Notes: generated by a model not told the origin, from the sequence alone. A stretch of DNA of 64,000 bases from Vitrella brassicaformis CCMP3155 (GCA_001179505.1 CDMY01000489.1:3412-67411), one strand, 5' to 3'; positions 24,506 through 36,500 are shown, counted from the stretch's first letter. A program made the numbers and translations.

Positions 24506-25249
24506 ACCAACAAACACACTGAAGACACACACGAATCCACAAAGGCGGGGAGGGAAATGTCATGCATGACATATGGACACGTGCGTGCCAGATGTGTGTT
24601 CCATCTCTTTCTCGAGCCCCAGCAGCAACACTCCCTGGCGGTGGCCTCTTCAGGTCCAACACCTCCATGAGCAACCCTCTGAGTGAACAAAAAGGGTAAA
24701 GTGGCCCGCATCCAATGCACACACATGTCTCTCTCATTGGCGTACGTGAAAGGAGCACGTTTCGAAAGCTTGACCAATGTCCACAAATATATAATGTAAG
24801 CAGCAATGCATTTGCAGTAGGAAAGTGACAAACTGCGAGACAACAAGAGAGCAACTATCAGACGAGAAGGGGGGTGCGTATACGATTGGTGTGCTCACAA
24901 TTCCCCTACTGCGAGAGTCGTGAACCCAAGACCACCTGCAGGCACATTATGGAAACACAGCAGGAAGAGGATGCACGCAATGCCACATGATATGCACACA
25001 TCTTCCTGCCGACCAGACGATGGCAATTTGAACACAGGCCTATTTTCACGTCAGTTGGCATCTCCATTCACCTGTATCTATAACCGCCTTGCCCACATCA
25101 CAAGACTTAGCCTTCCCTGACCATGCTCATGTACCTCTTAATGATTGTCCAACCATTCAATCACAATGCATGCCGTACGCATGACAGCACTTATATCTCT
25201 CAAGACCTGGATGTGCTCACGGCATGGGCACATGCCCATTGCCCATGTA

Positions 25250-26149
25250 CCTCGACGGCGTCAGCGACAGCCTCCTCGATGACCTCGATCTTTTCTGGAC
25301 ACACATGGACAGACACAGACACAGACACAGACACACATACACACAGACAGACAGACAGACAGACAGACAGAGAGAGAGATGCAATGCAGGGNNNNNNNNN
25401 NNNNNNNNNNNNNNNNNNNNNNNNNNNNNNNNNNNNNNNNNNNNNNNNNNNNNNNNNNNNNNNNNNNNNNNNNNNNNNNNNNNNNNNNNNNNNNNNNNNN
25501 NNNNNNNNNNNNNNNNNNNNNNNNNNNNNNNNNNNNNNNNNNNNNNNNNNNNNNNNNNNNNNNNNNNNNNNNNNNNNNNNNNNNNNNNNNNNNNNNNNNN
25601 NNNNNNNNNNNNNNNNNNNNNNNNNNNNNNNNNNNNNNNNNNNNNNNNNNNNNNNNNNNNNNNNNNNNNNNNNNNNNNNNNNNNNNNNNNNCAGACAGAG
25701 AGAGAGATGCAATGCAGGGACCAACTGGCTTGGCTGCTTGCTTGGCTGATCAGCGACTGACTCACGTACCGAATATTTGTCGCAGGCGGCTCATGATGTC
25801 GTTCCCGCTGCTGTCAGCCGACCAGATGAAGTGGGCCCGCTGTGCCGCCTCGCCTTCGGGCAGAGGCAGTCCGAGCCTCTTGAACTCCCGCACGGCGGTC
25901 TCTGGCCGAATGCAGCCCTCCAGGTGGCAACGGAGGTCGGCCTTGGGGAAGTTGGTGAACCTGAAGCGCACACACAAACGCAGGAAGGAGCACACCATCG
26001 CCATGCATGCAAAAGGAACAGCTGAGGTCTTTGTGAGCGACGTACCACTCGTCGGGCTCGTGGCCGCCTCGGGTCTGGTCCTGCTGGCCTACCGCGGCCT
26101 CGCCCGTGCCCCCCGCTCCCTCGTTCCCTCTCTCTTGACTTTCCTCCAT
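25250..26149 (-). pseudogene. Adenosine-deaminase-like fragment, copy B (has the ATG; truncated in exon 3)
   Basis: MEESQERGNEG...GHEPDEW | FTNFPKADLRCHLEGCIRPET... | EKIEVIEEAVADAVE, after which homology stops. The flanks of the 25392-25691 gap overlap, so this is one copy. Confidence 0.8.
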
Positions 26150-26263
26150 CGCGATGGTCACCGTGCGATTCTGCACTGCAGACAGCCTCGCCTGCCTGTC
26201 TGCTGACTCGAGTGACTGTCAGAGCTGTTAAGCTCACTCGCAAATCACAACGAAGCGATGTGC

Positions 26264-27435
26264 TTAGAAACGCTGCACAAGCAGAGCTCTTCCCCGTCTG
26301 AGACGCCCACAGTCTCGGGGCTGATGAGGTGACTGATGGATCTGCGACGCTCGGGGCGGGGCGCCCGCCAGGCGAAGAGCGAGGAGCGGCAGGTCGATCT
26401 CGTCGTGGATGGGGAAGTGGCTTGTGGTGACGGCCACGGGGAAGCGAGGCGTGGGCCCACACCAATCCTCACTGCAGGGAATGGGACCCCACAATGCCGT
26501 CACCACCTCCCTGTCCGACGGAAAGTCGAGGCGCAGCTCGAGGGCGATTTCCATCTCCTCCATGAGCTGACGGGCGGCGGCGTCTTTGATGGCGATATCG
26601 CCGTAGATGCGGCTGGGGCGGAGGCTCTCGATGACGGCCGCGGGGTTGTCGGGAAGTTGGTCGCCGGCCAGTTCCATGGTCAACTTGAGGCCCACCTCAC
26701 GGAGCAACTCAACGCAGTCCTGCTGGCATCACACACAGGCAACAAAAAGAGAAGAGAACACACAGACATATAAGTGTGTATATGTCTGTCTGTATGATCA
26801 GGTTAGAATCGTACCTTTTACTGAAGAATGTACGGCGAGGCCCCGTCGACGGTCTCACCAACGAAGGCCTCCTTGTTTTCGATGGCGAAGTGAGTGACGC
26901 CAATGAAGTCGTCCTCGGTGAACATGGGAACGGTGCACAGCAGACCAGCCTGCAGACTACACACAGAGAGAGACATACACACAATGTCATGTGCCCTCCC
27001 TGCCTGTCTGTCTGTCTGTCTGTCTCCCTGTCTGTCTGTCTGTCTGTTTGTGAGCCTCCCAGCGTACATCGATGTTATTCTGACACCGCCGGCGTCCCTC
27101 CCGCACCCCCCTCTGAATGGCGCCGAGAACCTTCTCGTACGAGTGGCCGTGGCCGGTGAAGAAGGTGGGCCAGAACTTCAGCTCCAGCAGCACCACCCCC
27201 TGCCGGTAACGGTCCTCGATGGCGTCAGCAACGACCTCTTCGATGACCTCCACCTTCTCTGCCACACACACACACACACACAGACAGACAGACAGACAGA
27301 GAGATGCAATGCAGGGACCAACTTACTGGCTTGGCTACTTGCTTGGCTGATCAGCGACTGACTGGCGTACCGAATATCTGTCTCAGGCGGCTCATGATGT
27401 CGTTCCAGCCGTTGTCCCTTGACCCGATGAAGAGG
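26264..27435 (-). pseudogene. Adenosine-deaminase-like fragment, copy C (central and C-terminal exons; catalytic residues lost)
   Basis: RYRQGVVLLELKFWPTF; AGLLC...THFAIENKEAFVG; LLREVGLKLTMELAGD (canonical xVHAGE); LRPSRIYGD (canonical ERIGHG); MEIALELRL (canonical LEVCPxSN). There is an in-frame TAA near 26820. Confidence 0.8.
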
Positions 27436-27437
27436 GT

Positions 27438-27550
27438 CCGTTGGGCGGCGTGACGGGCATCGGTGGCCTTCCAAACTGAGGCAGACTCTGAGGACCAAGG
27501 GGGCCCACATAGGGCCGCTGATGGGGAAGTAGAGCCGTCTTGCACTGACG
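27438..27550 (-). repeat. Inverted duplicate of alveolin-gene exon 1 (about 27978-28090) fused to ADA-like copy C
   Basis: The reverse complement cagtgcaagacggctctacttccccatcagcggccctatgtgggccccc...ggaaggccaccgatgcccgtcacgccgcccaacgg aligns with 27978-28085. Confidence 0.9.
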
Positions 27551-27934
27551 CGGAGGGCGTGCATGGTGGCTCACAGCCGATGACAAGGGTCGGACGAGGG
27601 TGAAATAGGTTGTGATGGAAAAAATGACAAAGGAGGATAAAAAAAGAAGAGACAAAGCGTCTCGCGGCAAGAGATTCTCGCAGCATGCAGGATGCTGCTG
27701 CACCTTGGCCTGCATCCTTGTTTCTCATATGGGATGAGGAAGTGGTACCGCGCTGATAGCAGCTGCCGCCGTTACATTGGCTTCAGCGGAGCTAAGCTCG
27801 CATGGGGGGCGATCGTCTTGCCCCCAGCATCGTTTTCGCGAGAAGAATCGTTTCGAGCGAGAAGAATCACCGCCTCTCGCCCTTGTACCTGCTAATTGCA
27901 GGAGCTGCAGAGTCTTTTGCCGTGTTTTTGCACC

Positions 27935-29930
27935 ATGTTCCCAGTCCCACCCCCTCCTCCCCCGTCAGTCGGCTCATTCCAGTGCAAGACCGCTTCATTA
28001 CCCCATCAGCGGCCTTATGTGGGCCCCCCCGGTCCTCTGCCACATTTCGGAAGGCCGCCAATGCCGGTCACGCCGCCCAACGGGCGCTTCGTCCAGACGG
28101 TTCTGCAGAGAGGTCCTGGAACCAGGCAGTCGCCTTTGCCACCCCCGCCCTCCATGCTGGGGTTTACACCGCGCACACCCCTGTCGGGCTGCCCGTCAGC
28201 CCGACATGCGTCGAACCGGACGCCGGCTGTCCCGTCTGTGCCGCCGAAATTCATCGCTCAACCTATTGTCAAGGTCGGTCAGTGCTGCTTCACGCTTCGG
28301 TCTTTTCTGCACTGCATGAGCTTCACACGTGTGTGTGTCCCTTGGTCGCTGTGAGCAGGAGAGAGTCATCGAGATCGAGAAACACGAGATCGAGGAGCAG
28401 GTCGTGGAACTGCCCCAAACCGTGTACAAGGAGAAGTTCGTTGAGGTACCCAAGAAGGTACGCCTGTGTCAGACAGACAGACACACAGGCTGTCGGTCAT
28501 GTCTCCTTCGCCCCATCAGGTCATCCAGGATCGTATAGTCTATGTTCGCAAGCCTCGGGTGACTCGGGACCCCTATCGGGTGAGCAGACGGTGGCCGAAA
28601 TCGGCAGATAAGAGCACAGACGGGAGGAAACACACGCGAGTCTCTCCTTGGCCTGCGTCCTTGTCTCAGCCTGTCCAGGCCCATCGCATGGCCAGTGTGC
28701 AGCCACCGATGAACGTGAATGTGGCACAGTTGCAGAGACCGGTGGGCGAGAGAGAGACAGACAGCATGACGTGTCATGTCTCTCTTTGCCTCTCCCTTGT
28801 GCAGACGCTCGAGCCAGGCTATCTGTCATCCTTGCGTCATCAGGTTGTCCAGGATCGTATAATCAATGTTCGTCAGCCGAGGCTGAATCGGGAGCCTTAT
28901 CGGGTGAGCAGACTGTAGGCAAGATGGGCAGATAAGAGCACACACGGGAGGAAAAAACACGGGCGTCTCCTCTCCTTGGCCTGCGTCCTTGTTTCTCAGC
29001 CTGTCCAGGCCCATCGCATGGCCAGTGTGCAGCCACCGTTCAACAGGAATATGGTGTCGTTGCAGAAATCGGTGGGCGAGAGACACCTGCTTACCATCCA
29101 CAGACAGACAGCATGACATGTCGTGTCTCTCCCTTGCGCAGGGTGTGTACGGCGCTGCTTTGGTGAGCCCACGTCTGCCTCACGTGCGCCCGCCAACTTT
29201 CGAGCACATGGCAAGCAAGAGCAAAGGAACCGTGATACTTCATGTCCATTTGTGTGTGTGCACATGCGCAGATGAGTAATCCGTTTGCGGCTCCGCCCCC
29301 GGCATATGGTCCGTCGCGCAGGTTGGAGCATCTGTGGTCGCATCATCCGCCGCCAGTCGAGACGGGGGTGCCGACGGTGGCGCGGAACATGGGAAGGGCT
29401 CCGGGTGTTGGCGATGTCGGTGGCATGGCCATGCCGCCTATGGGGGCACCGGCCAGGGTGGTGCAGTACGGTCAGACTGGTGCTCTTCGACAGGGAGCTG
29501 GCGGGACCTGCCTGACAGTTGGTAGTGGCATGGCGGCGCCCCTGATGGCGCCCAAGACGAGCCACCAGTACACGCAGGCTGGCGCTGGTCGGGAGGCATC
29601 TCACGGCACATCCCTGACACACACGTGAGCGGGGCAATTGAGCTGACACAGGGAGAGACGAGGCAGAGGCAGAGAGGGGTAAATGATGTCTGTTTATGTG
29701 TCTCCCGTGGGCTGTGTATGCGTGTGTGCAGGCGTGATGGCCCCCGTATGGTACGTGTGGACTTATCGTCTCCCAGTCGCAGAGTATGCTCCCCATGTTC
29801 GCCGCCGGTGTGTCCACCGTTGCTCCGCTCGCCGCCCCCTGCCCGTGCAGGCGGCCCGCTTAACCAGCGGCGCGGCAACACTGCCAGGCGACAGCCGCCC
29901 CTGCCGCCATACATGCGCCGCCGCTCGTGA
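27935..29930 (+). CDS. Alveolin/IMC-like (EKxVEVP repeat) cortical protein with Pro-rich termini
   Basis: Exons ERVIEIEKHEIEEQVVELPQTVYKEKFVEVPKK | VIQDRIVYVRKPRVTRDPYR have the V/E/K/P/I-rich alveolin repeat pattern. The 3' end is uncertain. Confidence 0.65.
28510..29140 (+). repeat. Internal tandem duplication (about 325 bp) of a two-exon, two-intron module
   Basis: catcagg(t)..ccaggatcgtat...atcgggtgagcagac...ccttggcctgcgtccttg...cctgtccaggcccatcgcatggccagtgtgcagccaccg occurs at about 28515-28790 and 28838-29130. Confidence 0.9.
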
Positions 29931-30244
29931 GGCGAAGACAGAAGGAAGGAGACACGAAGAGGCAACGGCCCTAGGGTTTGTGCGTTCATGTGCATGAGGC
30001 TATAGGCGTTGATTGGACATTCAGATTCGATTGGACTGTCGTCTCATGTGCTTGACGACACTTTTTCAACCATGCATGCCATTGTCGAGTTATCCACCAG
30101 CACCATAAAGACAGTCACGAATCCACACACCCTCAATCGACGCAGAGGCATTCACGCCTTGCCACTTGCAAACACCGCTCAGACAGACAGACACCCACAC
30201 CACACCATGCCGGCAGGCACACCGTCCTCCATCTGTCTGTCTGT

Positions 30245-30580
30245 CTACTTCTGGAGCTTCCCCTCCCTCCCCCACCCCTCGGCCAAGTCGGCCAGCAGGG
30301 CCGCCAGCTGCTTGGTGTGCGACACCTGCGGCGAGTGGTCCGTGTCCAGCTCATACACAGCATTGCTCCCCTCCCGAAGCCCCGTCTCTTGACGATAAAC
30401 TCCCGGTAGGCCGGGTGCATGCTCTCGTCACGCAGGCACTTGACGTACGCTCGGGGGATGCTCTCGAATCGCTCGGTGAGGGCCACGCGGACGCTGAAGT
30501 TGGCCAAAGGCATGTACTCTTGCTCACTTATATACTCACTTTCCATGGATGAATTGTCCTGGTGGGAAACTTTCTTGCTG
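30245..30580 (-). pseudogene. C-terminal remnant of an alpha/beta-hydrolase (methylesterase/SABP2-like), frameshifted
   Basis: VALTERFESIPRAYVKCLRDESM (catalytic Asp region), then after a 1-nt shift at about 30388 AVYELDTDHSPQVSHTKQLAALL (catalytic His). No GHSxG nucleophile exon is seen upstream. Confidence 0.75.
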
Positions 30581-30714
30581 CATCGATGGATGGATGGATG
30601 GCTTGGTCTGTGGGGTGTGTGTCGCGTGAGAAGATGATAGAGAATAGAGGCGCGGCGCGAACGCACAGGGACGTGCCCCTCTGCGAGCTTGTGGTTTGAG
30701 CTCGCCGTTTTCGA

Positions 30715-32743
30715 ATGAATGAAAGATCTTCATCCGTTCGCTTCAGCCCGAGGCCAGTTATCGTCCTTTTGCTTCTCCTGCTGACAAAAGCGACAAAGAC
30801 AGCTTCGTTCGCTCATTGTTCATCGATATATTCATCATCCCGTGCCCAGCCTCTCGTCGGCGTCCACCCCTGCGGCCTCTTTCGCAGCAATGCCCATGCC
30901 CTCCCACATCAGCCTTTATCTCGACGACAGTGTGCTCGGACAGCATCTCTGTCGCCTCTTGATCCATTCCTGCAATGGGCTGAGGATGCCGGGATTGAGG
31001 TTCATGACGTGATGGCTTACGAGGAGGCGGACGGCAGCGAGGAGGTCTACCGGGGACTGCGGTGCACGTCGCAGATTGGTGCGAGTGACGGAGGGCAGCG
31101 GACTACACTGGTGTCGCTTCCGCGGTCTGCTGCTCTTTTGGAGAGTGAAGAGTCGCCAAACCCGTTGCCATTCATTGTGCAAGACGAGGTGAGGCTGCAG
31201 CAGAGTGTGGCCCATGTGTCGGTATACGATGGCCTGCTGGTCCTCGGTTTTGTTTGTGTCACGTCAGGCTTGGCAATACTTGCCCACGTGGATTCGTCTG
31301 GTTGTCCGTCTGCTGATAGAGAGGCGCCTGGGCGCCTCGTCGTCGTTCCGCCCCTATCTCGCCTTGCTGCCGTCCTCCTTCCCATCGCTGCCCTTCAACC
31401 ACCTCCCCTTCATTCGCGCAGCGCTGGGCCGCTGCAGCCCTCTGTTAATGTCCATTGTCGATAAGGCGCAGGAGGACTTGGCTGGCATGCACTTCTTCCT
31501 CTCTGCCACCCTGAACCTGACCACTGTCGAGAAAACCATGGCGGCATCCGCCGGCAGGTCCGCTGAGGGGAGGGGGAAGGGGCAGATGGAGAATGATGAT
31601 TTCGGGCTGCCGATGAGCGGCCCGCTGACCGTGCGTGAGTACCTGTGGGCCGTGTGTGTGGTGCTGACGCGAGCCGTGCCCATGAAGGATGCCACCGGGC
31701 GGTCGCTCGAGCTCATTGCTCCCATGATCGATCTGGTGAATCACAACTCGTCGCAATACGGTACGTACGTGATGAAGGAAGGCCTATGAGCAGAGGGGAG
31801 CTTATTATGTGTCTGCGTGTTGATGGGTGTGTAGGTGCATCGGGTGTGGCCTACAACGAGACGAGCGACGCTTTTGAGTTCTTCACCACTTCCGCATATC
31901 AAGAGGGGGATGAGATCTTCTTTGCTTACGGGCCCAAGACAAACGACGACCTCCTGAGGTATAGATAGACCAGAAGGCGCACGTACACACACTGGGCGAT
32001 TTGTGTGCGTGTGATTTCAGGGGCTTCGGCTTCGTAGAAGCGAACAATCGGTTCGACAATGTCTTCGTTGGCACCATCCTGCAGCCCATCCTCATGCAAG
32101 ACGCTGCACTGGCAGACGCTCTCGACTTCCATCCTGAGGGGATCCAGCCGGCAACAGATGATGACGATGGCCAGCGGTTAGGACTCGCTTTGTCAGCTGA
32201 GCGTTCTGAGCTGCTACGGGAGCACAGGAGTGACATGCTGGAGAGCCTCTTCGGCTCGTCTGCGGTGGTCGGGGTGCAGGGACCGTCTTCGCGCATGGCA
32301 GGGGCGCTGGCTACTCTGTTCTGCAGTGACGATGAGCTGCAAAAGGTGATTGAGTGCAAGACATTCGCCCAGACACCCCTTGATTGCTGCCTTTCCTTCC
32401 CTGTTTGCAGCTCGTGCTTCTGAAAGGCCCTGAATCGCGCCTCTGGTGGTTTGATGATGAGCAACACGTGACCCCAGAGACCGCTCCCGAGAAGCCTGAC
32501 CCCTCTCTGTTGGCCGCGTGTGTCGATAGCCCGTCGATAGGCCAGGTGCTTAGAAGGGCGGTTGAAGCGTCGCGGCAAGCCCTGCAGAGGCTGCGCGATG
32601 AGGTGTATGAGGGGGCAAAGGCGTATGAGGGGCGGGATGGCGCAGAGTGGGAGACAGATCGGGTGGTTGAGATGGTGGCGGGCGCGTATGTGAGAGAGAA
32701 GGAGCGAATTCTTCGGGAGTTCTCGTTGGTCCTCGCTGATTGA
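30715..32743 (+). CDS. SET-domain protein-lysine methyltransferase, Rubisco-LSMT/SETD3 class, probably plastid-targeted
   Basis: FLQWAEDAGI, YRGLRCT, FRPYLALLP, YLWAVCVVLTRA, LIAPMIDLVNHN, GDEIFFAYGPKTNDDLLRYGFGF. The N-terminus has a signal peptide plus an ASFA/transit-like segment. Confidence 0.9.
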
Positions 32744-32969
32744 CCTTGTTCATGTGTCCCGATGAATGTGGATTGACGCAGGGGCACATTGTTACTGGTC
32801 TTCGAGGGTATGTATCCATCCATGTATCACTGCTGTCTCTCTACGAGTTATTCCCATCGATTTGCATCGTCTGTCTGTCTGTCTGTCTGCATCGCGCCTC
32901 TACCATTTCTGTGTCGCGCCTCTACCGTCACACACACTCGTCTAAGGCTGAGAGACTCTCATCAGACTC

Positions 32970-33631
32970 GACCACCAGGATGTGGTGTCCGCGGCCGAGG
33001 CCTTTATCGCCGAGCGACAGGCGATGGAGGCTGCGTGGGTGAGACAGATCGGGTCGCAGACGCCCGGTGAGCAGAGACATGATATATGACTGTGTCTCCA
33101 TTGATTGCAATGGGTGCCTTAAAATGCAGACTGTATCAGGTCAGAAGTGCGCCAGAGGGTCAGAGACCTGCTCCAGATGGTTGACGAGCTGCCGTTCGGC
33201 CACCTGGACAGCGATGTGTACGACGGCATTAGAGACCGCATTGATCGCATCATAGAGCTGTAAGTCAGGGGCAGGCAGATACATACATATCAAAGACACA
33301 TCCATCAATCTCTTGTCGTCTGGTTCGTTCAGTATCGATGGCTGCGAGGACCAGAGCGATTACTTCGCTCTCGTCCACAAGAAGTCCCTCGAAGCAGTGG
33401 TGGAGGAGGCGGTGAGCGAATGCATTCACAGACGCTAGCCAGTAAGGCATGGAAGCATCCAGCTGCCTGTCTGTCTTGCCTGCAATCAATCAGGGCTTCA
33501 CCGTGCCCAAAACTGCACCGACACTGACCTCTACACAGCAGACGGCCACCACACAGAGTGCTGCGTCTGTTGATGACGATATGCAGCTGAGTGTCGACGA
33601 CGCCCCTGCAGATGCCGACATGGAGGACTGA
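32970..33631 (+). CDS. Hypothetical multi-exon protein (5' end unresolved)
   Basis: Exons DVVSAAEAFIAERQAMEAAW | SEVRQRVRDLLQMVDELPFGHLDSDVYDGIRDRIDRIIEL | IDGCEDQSDYFALVHKKSLEAVVEEA | GFTVPK...DADMED*, with GT-AG introns. Confidence 0.55.
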
Positions 33632-34559
33632 CTGACCAACCCAGACAGACGTGTGTGGACGTGTCGCCTGTATGTGTGTGGCCACGGGACAGACTCGGCG
33701 ATGAGACAGACAAACTCGTGGACACGTTGTCTGCCTGGCGGTGTCCGTGTGCCGTGTGTGCTGCAGATGGCTACTCACACGCGGCTGGCGGACACTCGAA
33801 CACACACAAGCGACGTGTGTGTGCGGACCGGTGACGTACACGGCTGACTGCCGAGAGAGACTCACTCGATCGAATAGCATCTACATACCTCCCCCCTTTA
33901 TTTCGCTTGGCTTTGTGTCCGTTTGTCGTCGTCATGGTCGTCCAGCCCACATACACCCACCCACCCACCCACCCACGGCCATACAGAGAGAAGCATTCAT
34001 ACACACACACACACCATCCACACACACATCCACACATCCACACATCCACACATATACAGACACCCCGGGCAGGCGTATACTTACGAGCAACCGGCGGGCC
34101 GGCCGGCCGGCCGGGAAGCAGGGCGGTCCTCAGTTAATTCACCAAGCCGCCCCCGCCTCCGCCGACAGCCCCACACCTCTGCTGTCGATGTTGATCTTGG
34201 CGCCACCGACGCGATTACCTTCACACACACACACACACACACATGTTAACTGGTCGGTTTCTTGTGTGTCATTGTCGTATGGGTATGCTAGCATACCCAT
34301 GTGGCCTTCTCATCGACTTTGCCACATTTCATTCTATTGCATTCTCGAACAACCTGAGTGTCAAGCCTCTATGAAGCCAGTGATATGATCAGCCAACGAA
34401 TACATCCATGCGCACAGGCAAGTTCTGTCTGACGCGCTAGTAGTCGTACACCGACCTGAACTCAATGAGGCACGCACCCTCCTCCATGACTCCCTCCACC
34501 GACAAATAAGTGCGACCGTACACGCAGGCTCAGGTACAAACTTGTGCATGCACACGCAG

Positions 34560-36500
34560 TATGATACATGATAGTGTATGCATTGCACTCACAGATGCGT
34601 GCATTCCTCCAGTGCACGGCGCCATCTGAAGGCGCTGATACGCCGACGCTCACTGGTGTCACATGCCTCCTCACCCCCCTGATCTGCTCTCACAGACCGC
34701 TGGTCTGCTGGCTGCTCTTTCTGTGTCTCGCTGCTTGGTCCTGCCAGGCTCGCCAGTCGCCTCAAAAAGACCACTAAGTACATCTGGACTGCCTCAGGAG
34801 TCAGACAATGCCTGCAAGAAACTCACACGTAGAGAAGCAAGACGAACCATTTACTTGTCCTGATCCGTCATGTATTCGTCCTGTCACCATGCGAACAGGT
34901 GTCCTGCCTTGGCCATGCGCGAAGCCACATGATCGTTCTGGCGAAGCCATTGCACTTTTTCCTGCAGGTCTTGGGCGGTGATGAAAGGGACCAGCAAGGG
35001 CTTCAGGAGAGGGTCGAAGAATTGAGCGGCCTCCGTTCCACGAGACGACTGGAAGATAACAGCCCCGGACAAGAGCAGTAGACGCAGCCTCACGCTCCAG
35101 GGGCCATGCTGAACGACATATGGAGGATCAAGAGCATCGAGCTGTCTCACCAGGAGGGACAGCCGGCCCGCCGAAAGCAAACCACGTGTGTGTGCGTATG
35201 TGCGTACCCCAGGCATGTCGAGGAGGTACTTGGCATTCATCATACCCTTCTGCCACTCATCAAAGCCAGTTGCATTCTCGCGGCAGATGTGCGATGCATC
35301 GCAGCCATACTTGCTGAAACAAACAACCCCAATACGCACCGAGCAGACGCCTGTCGCTGCATTCGGTCGCGTACGTACTTCTGAAGCTCATTTGCTGCTT
35401 CCACACAATCCAATGATGGCTTCCTCCGCGCGTCCGTTACATATACGTGTTCCGACATGCGCCGATCAAGCAGCCGCAGCTTACACGCCAGCTCCAACCG
35501 CGCCTTGTCCGTATACCGACCGATGAAGAACAGATCGCCGTCTTTCGCGTCCCACATGTCCTCCCAGCTCTGGTCGCTGAGTTGCCCCCCGCCCCTGTAG
35601 AGTGACCTCCATAGAAGCCGCCGCGTCGACTTCTCTTCCTTGTTACCGAATCCCGTAGTGGGGTTTATGTAGGGCTGGCCAGGCACGTCCCAGGAGAAGG
35701 CGCGGAAGGAAGACGTCGAAACGAGCAAGCCGGGCGGAGCAGATGTCATGTTGTGTCTGGGATGGAGAGCAAACGGCCGCCCACCGGTCTCTTCTTCTCC
35801 ATGCTGGCAGAAGTCGTGGAAGGGGACAAGAGAATGCCTGCGGAAAGGACACACGTGCGTCAGCCAGCCAGTAGACGTGCCTTCCCCATTGACTTACCAC
35901 ATCAGCGGACAGTCGTCAGCGCTCAGCGTCAGGTGCACGTCATTCGAAAAAGCAACTTGACGAGCAGCGTGCTTTGCAGCATCAGCAAGGGCGCGAACAT
36001 AGTGCTGTGACCACAGAGGATTGTGGTTGCGCTTCCACCGCGGCTGACACTTCCCCAGCGGGTGGCAATAGAGTGTCCCATCAGGTGCAGACACGCTCAG
36101 CCTCACAGGTGGTAGATCGAAATACGGCATCTTCACGGCGTTGTCAGCCACAGTCGATAAGTCCACATGATGATTGCTGAGCGCCTTGAGGGTATCACTC
36201 GTGTCCAGCGTCTCCTCCCACCACCTCTCGCAATGGTTGCCCAGGAGGTCATCAGCGTGCAGGCGGCCAATCAAGGCGTCCAGGGCCATCACGTTGATGG
36301 CATCTGCTGCCGTTCTCTCGGGTGTGACCTGTCGGAAGATGGATGAGAAAACGCGGGTGCCTCGGTCAACAGAGAGACTTTGGAAGACCAGGATGGCGAC
36401 ACCAAGACATGGGATGCCCAAAAGAAGGCGGCCCGACACCATAGTCGGAGGGAAGTTGCTGATGAATCCTACAGTGTACTGGTGACCGTTGCGGCATTCC
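34560..36500 (-). CDS. Glycosyltransferase family 90 (CAP10/KDELC/POGLUT-like), type II membrane protein
   Basis: N-terminal TM segment LLLGIPCLGVAILVF; LTLSADDCP; LLWRSLY; KYLLDMPG...WSVRLRLLLLSGAVIFQ...QFFDPLLKP..VP...DLQEKVQWLRQNDHVASRMAKAG. Both ends are approximate. Confidence 0.85.

Noticed and set aside
25250-25760. A fourth ADA-like copy on either side of the N gap
   Set aside because: Both flanks share cagacagagagagagatgcaatgcaggg, so the contigs overlap and form one copy.
33880-34540. Additional 3' exons of the GT90 gene or a separate gene
   Set aside because: Short coding-like stretches exist, but phases could not be linked unambiguously.
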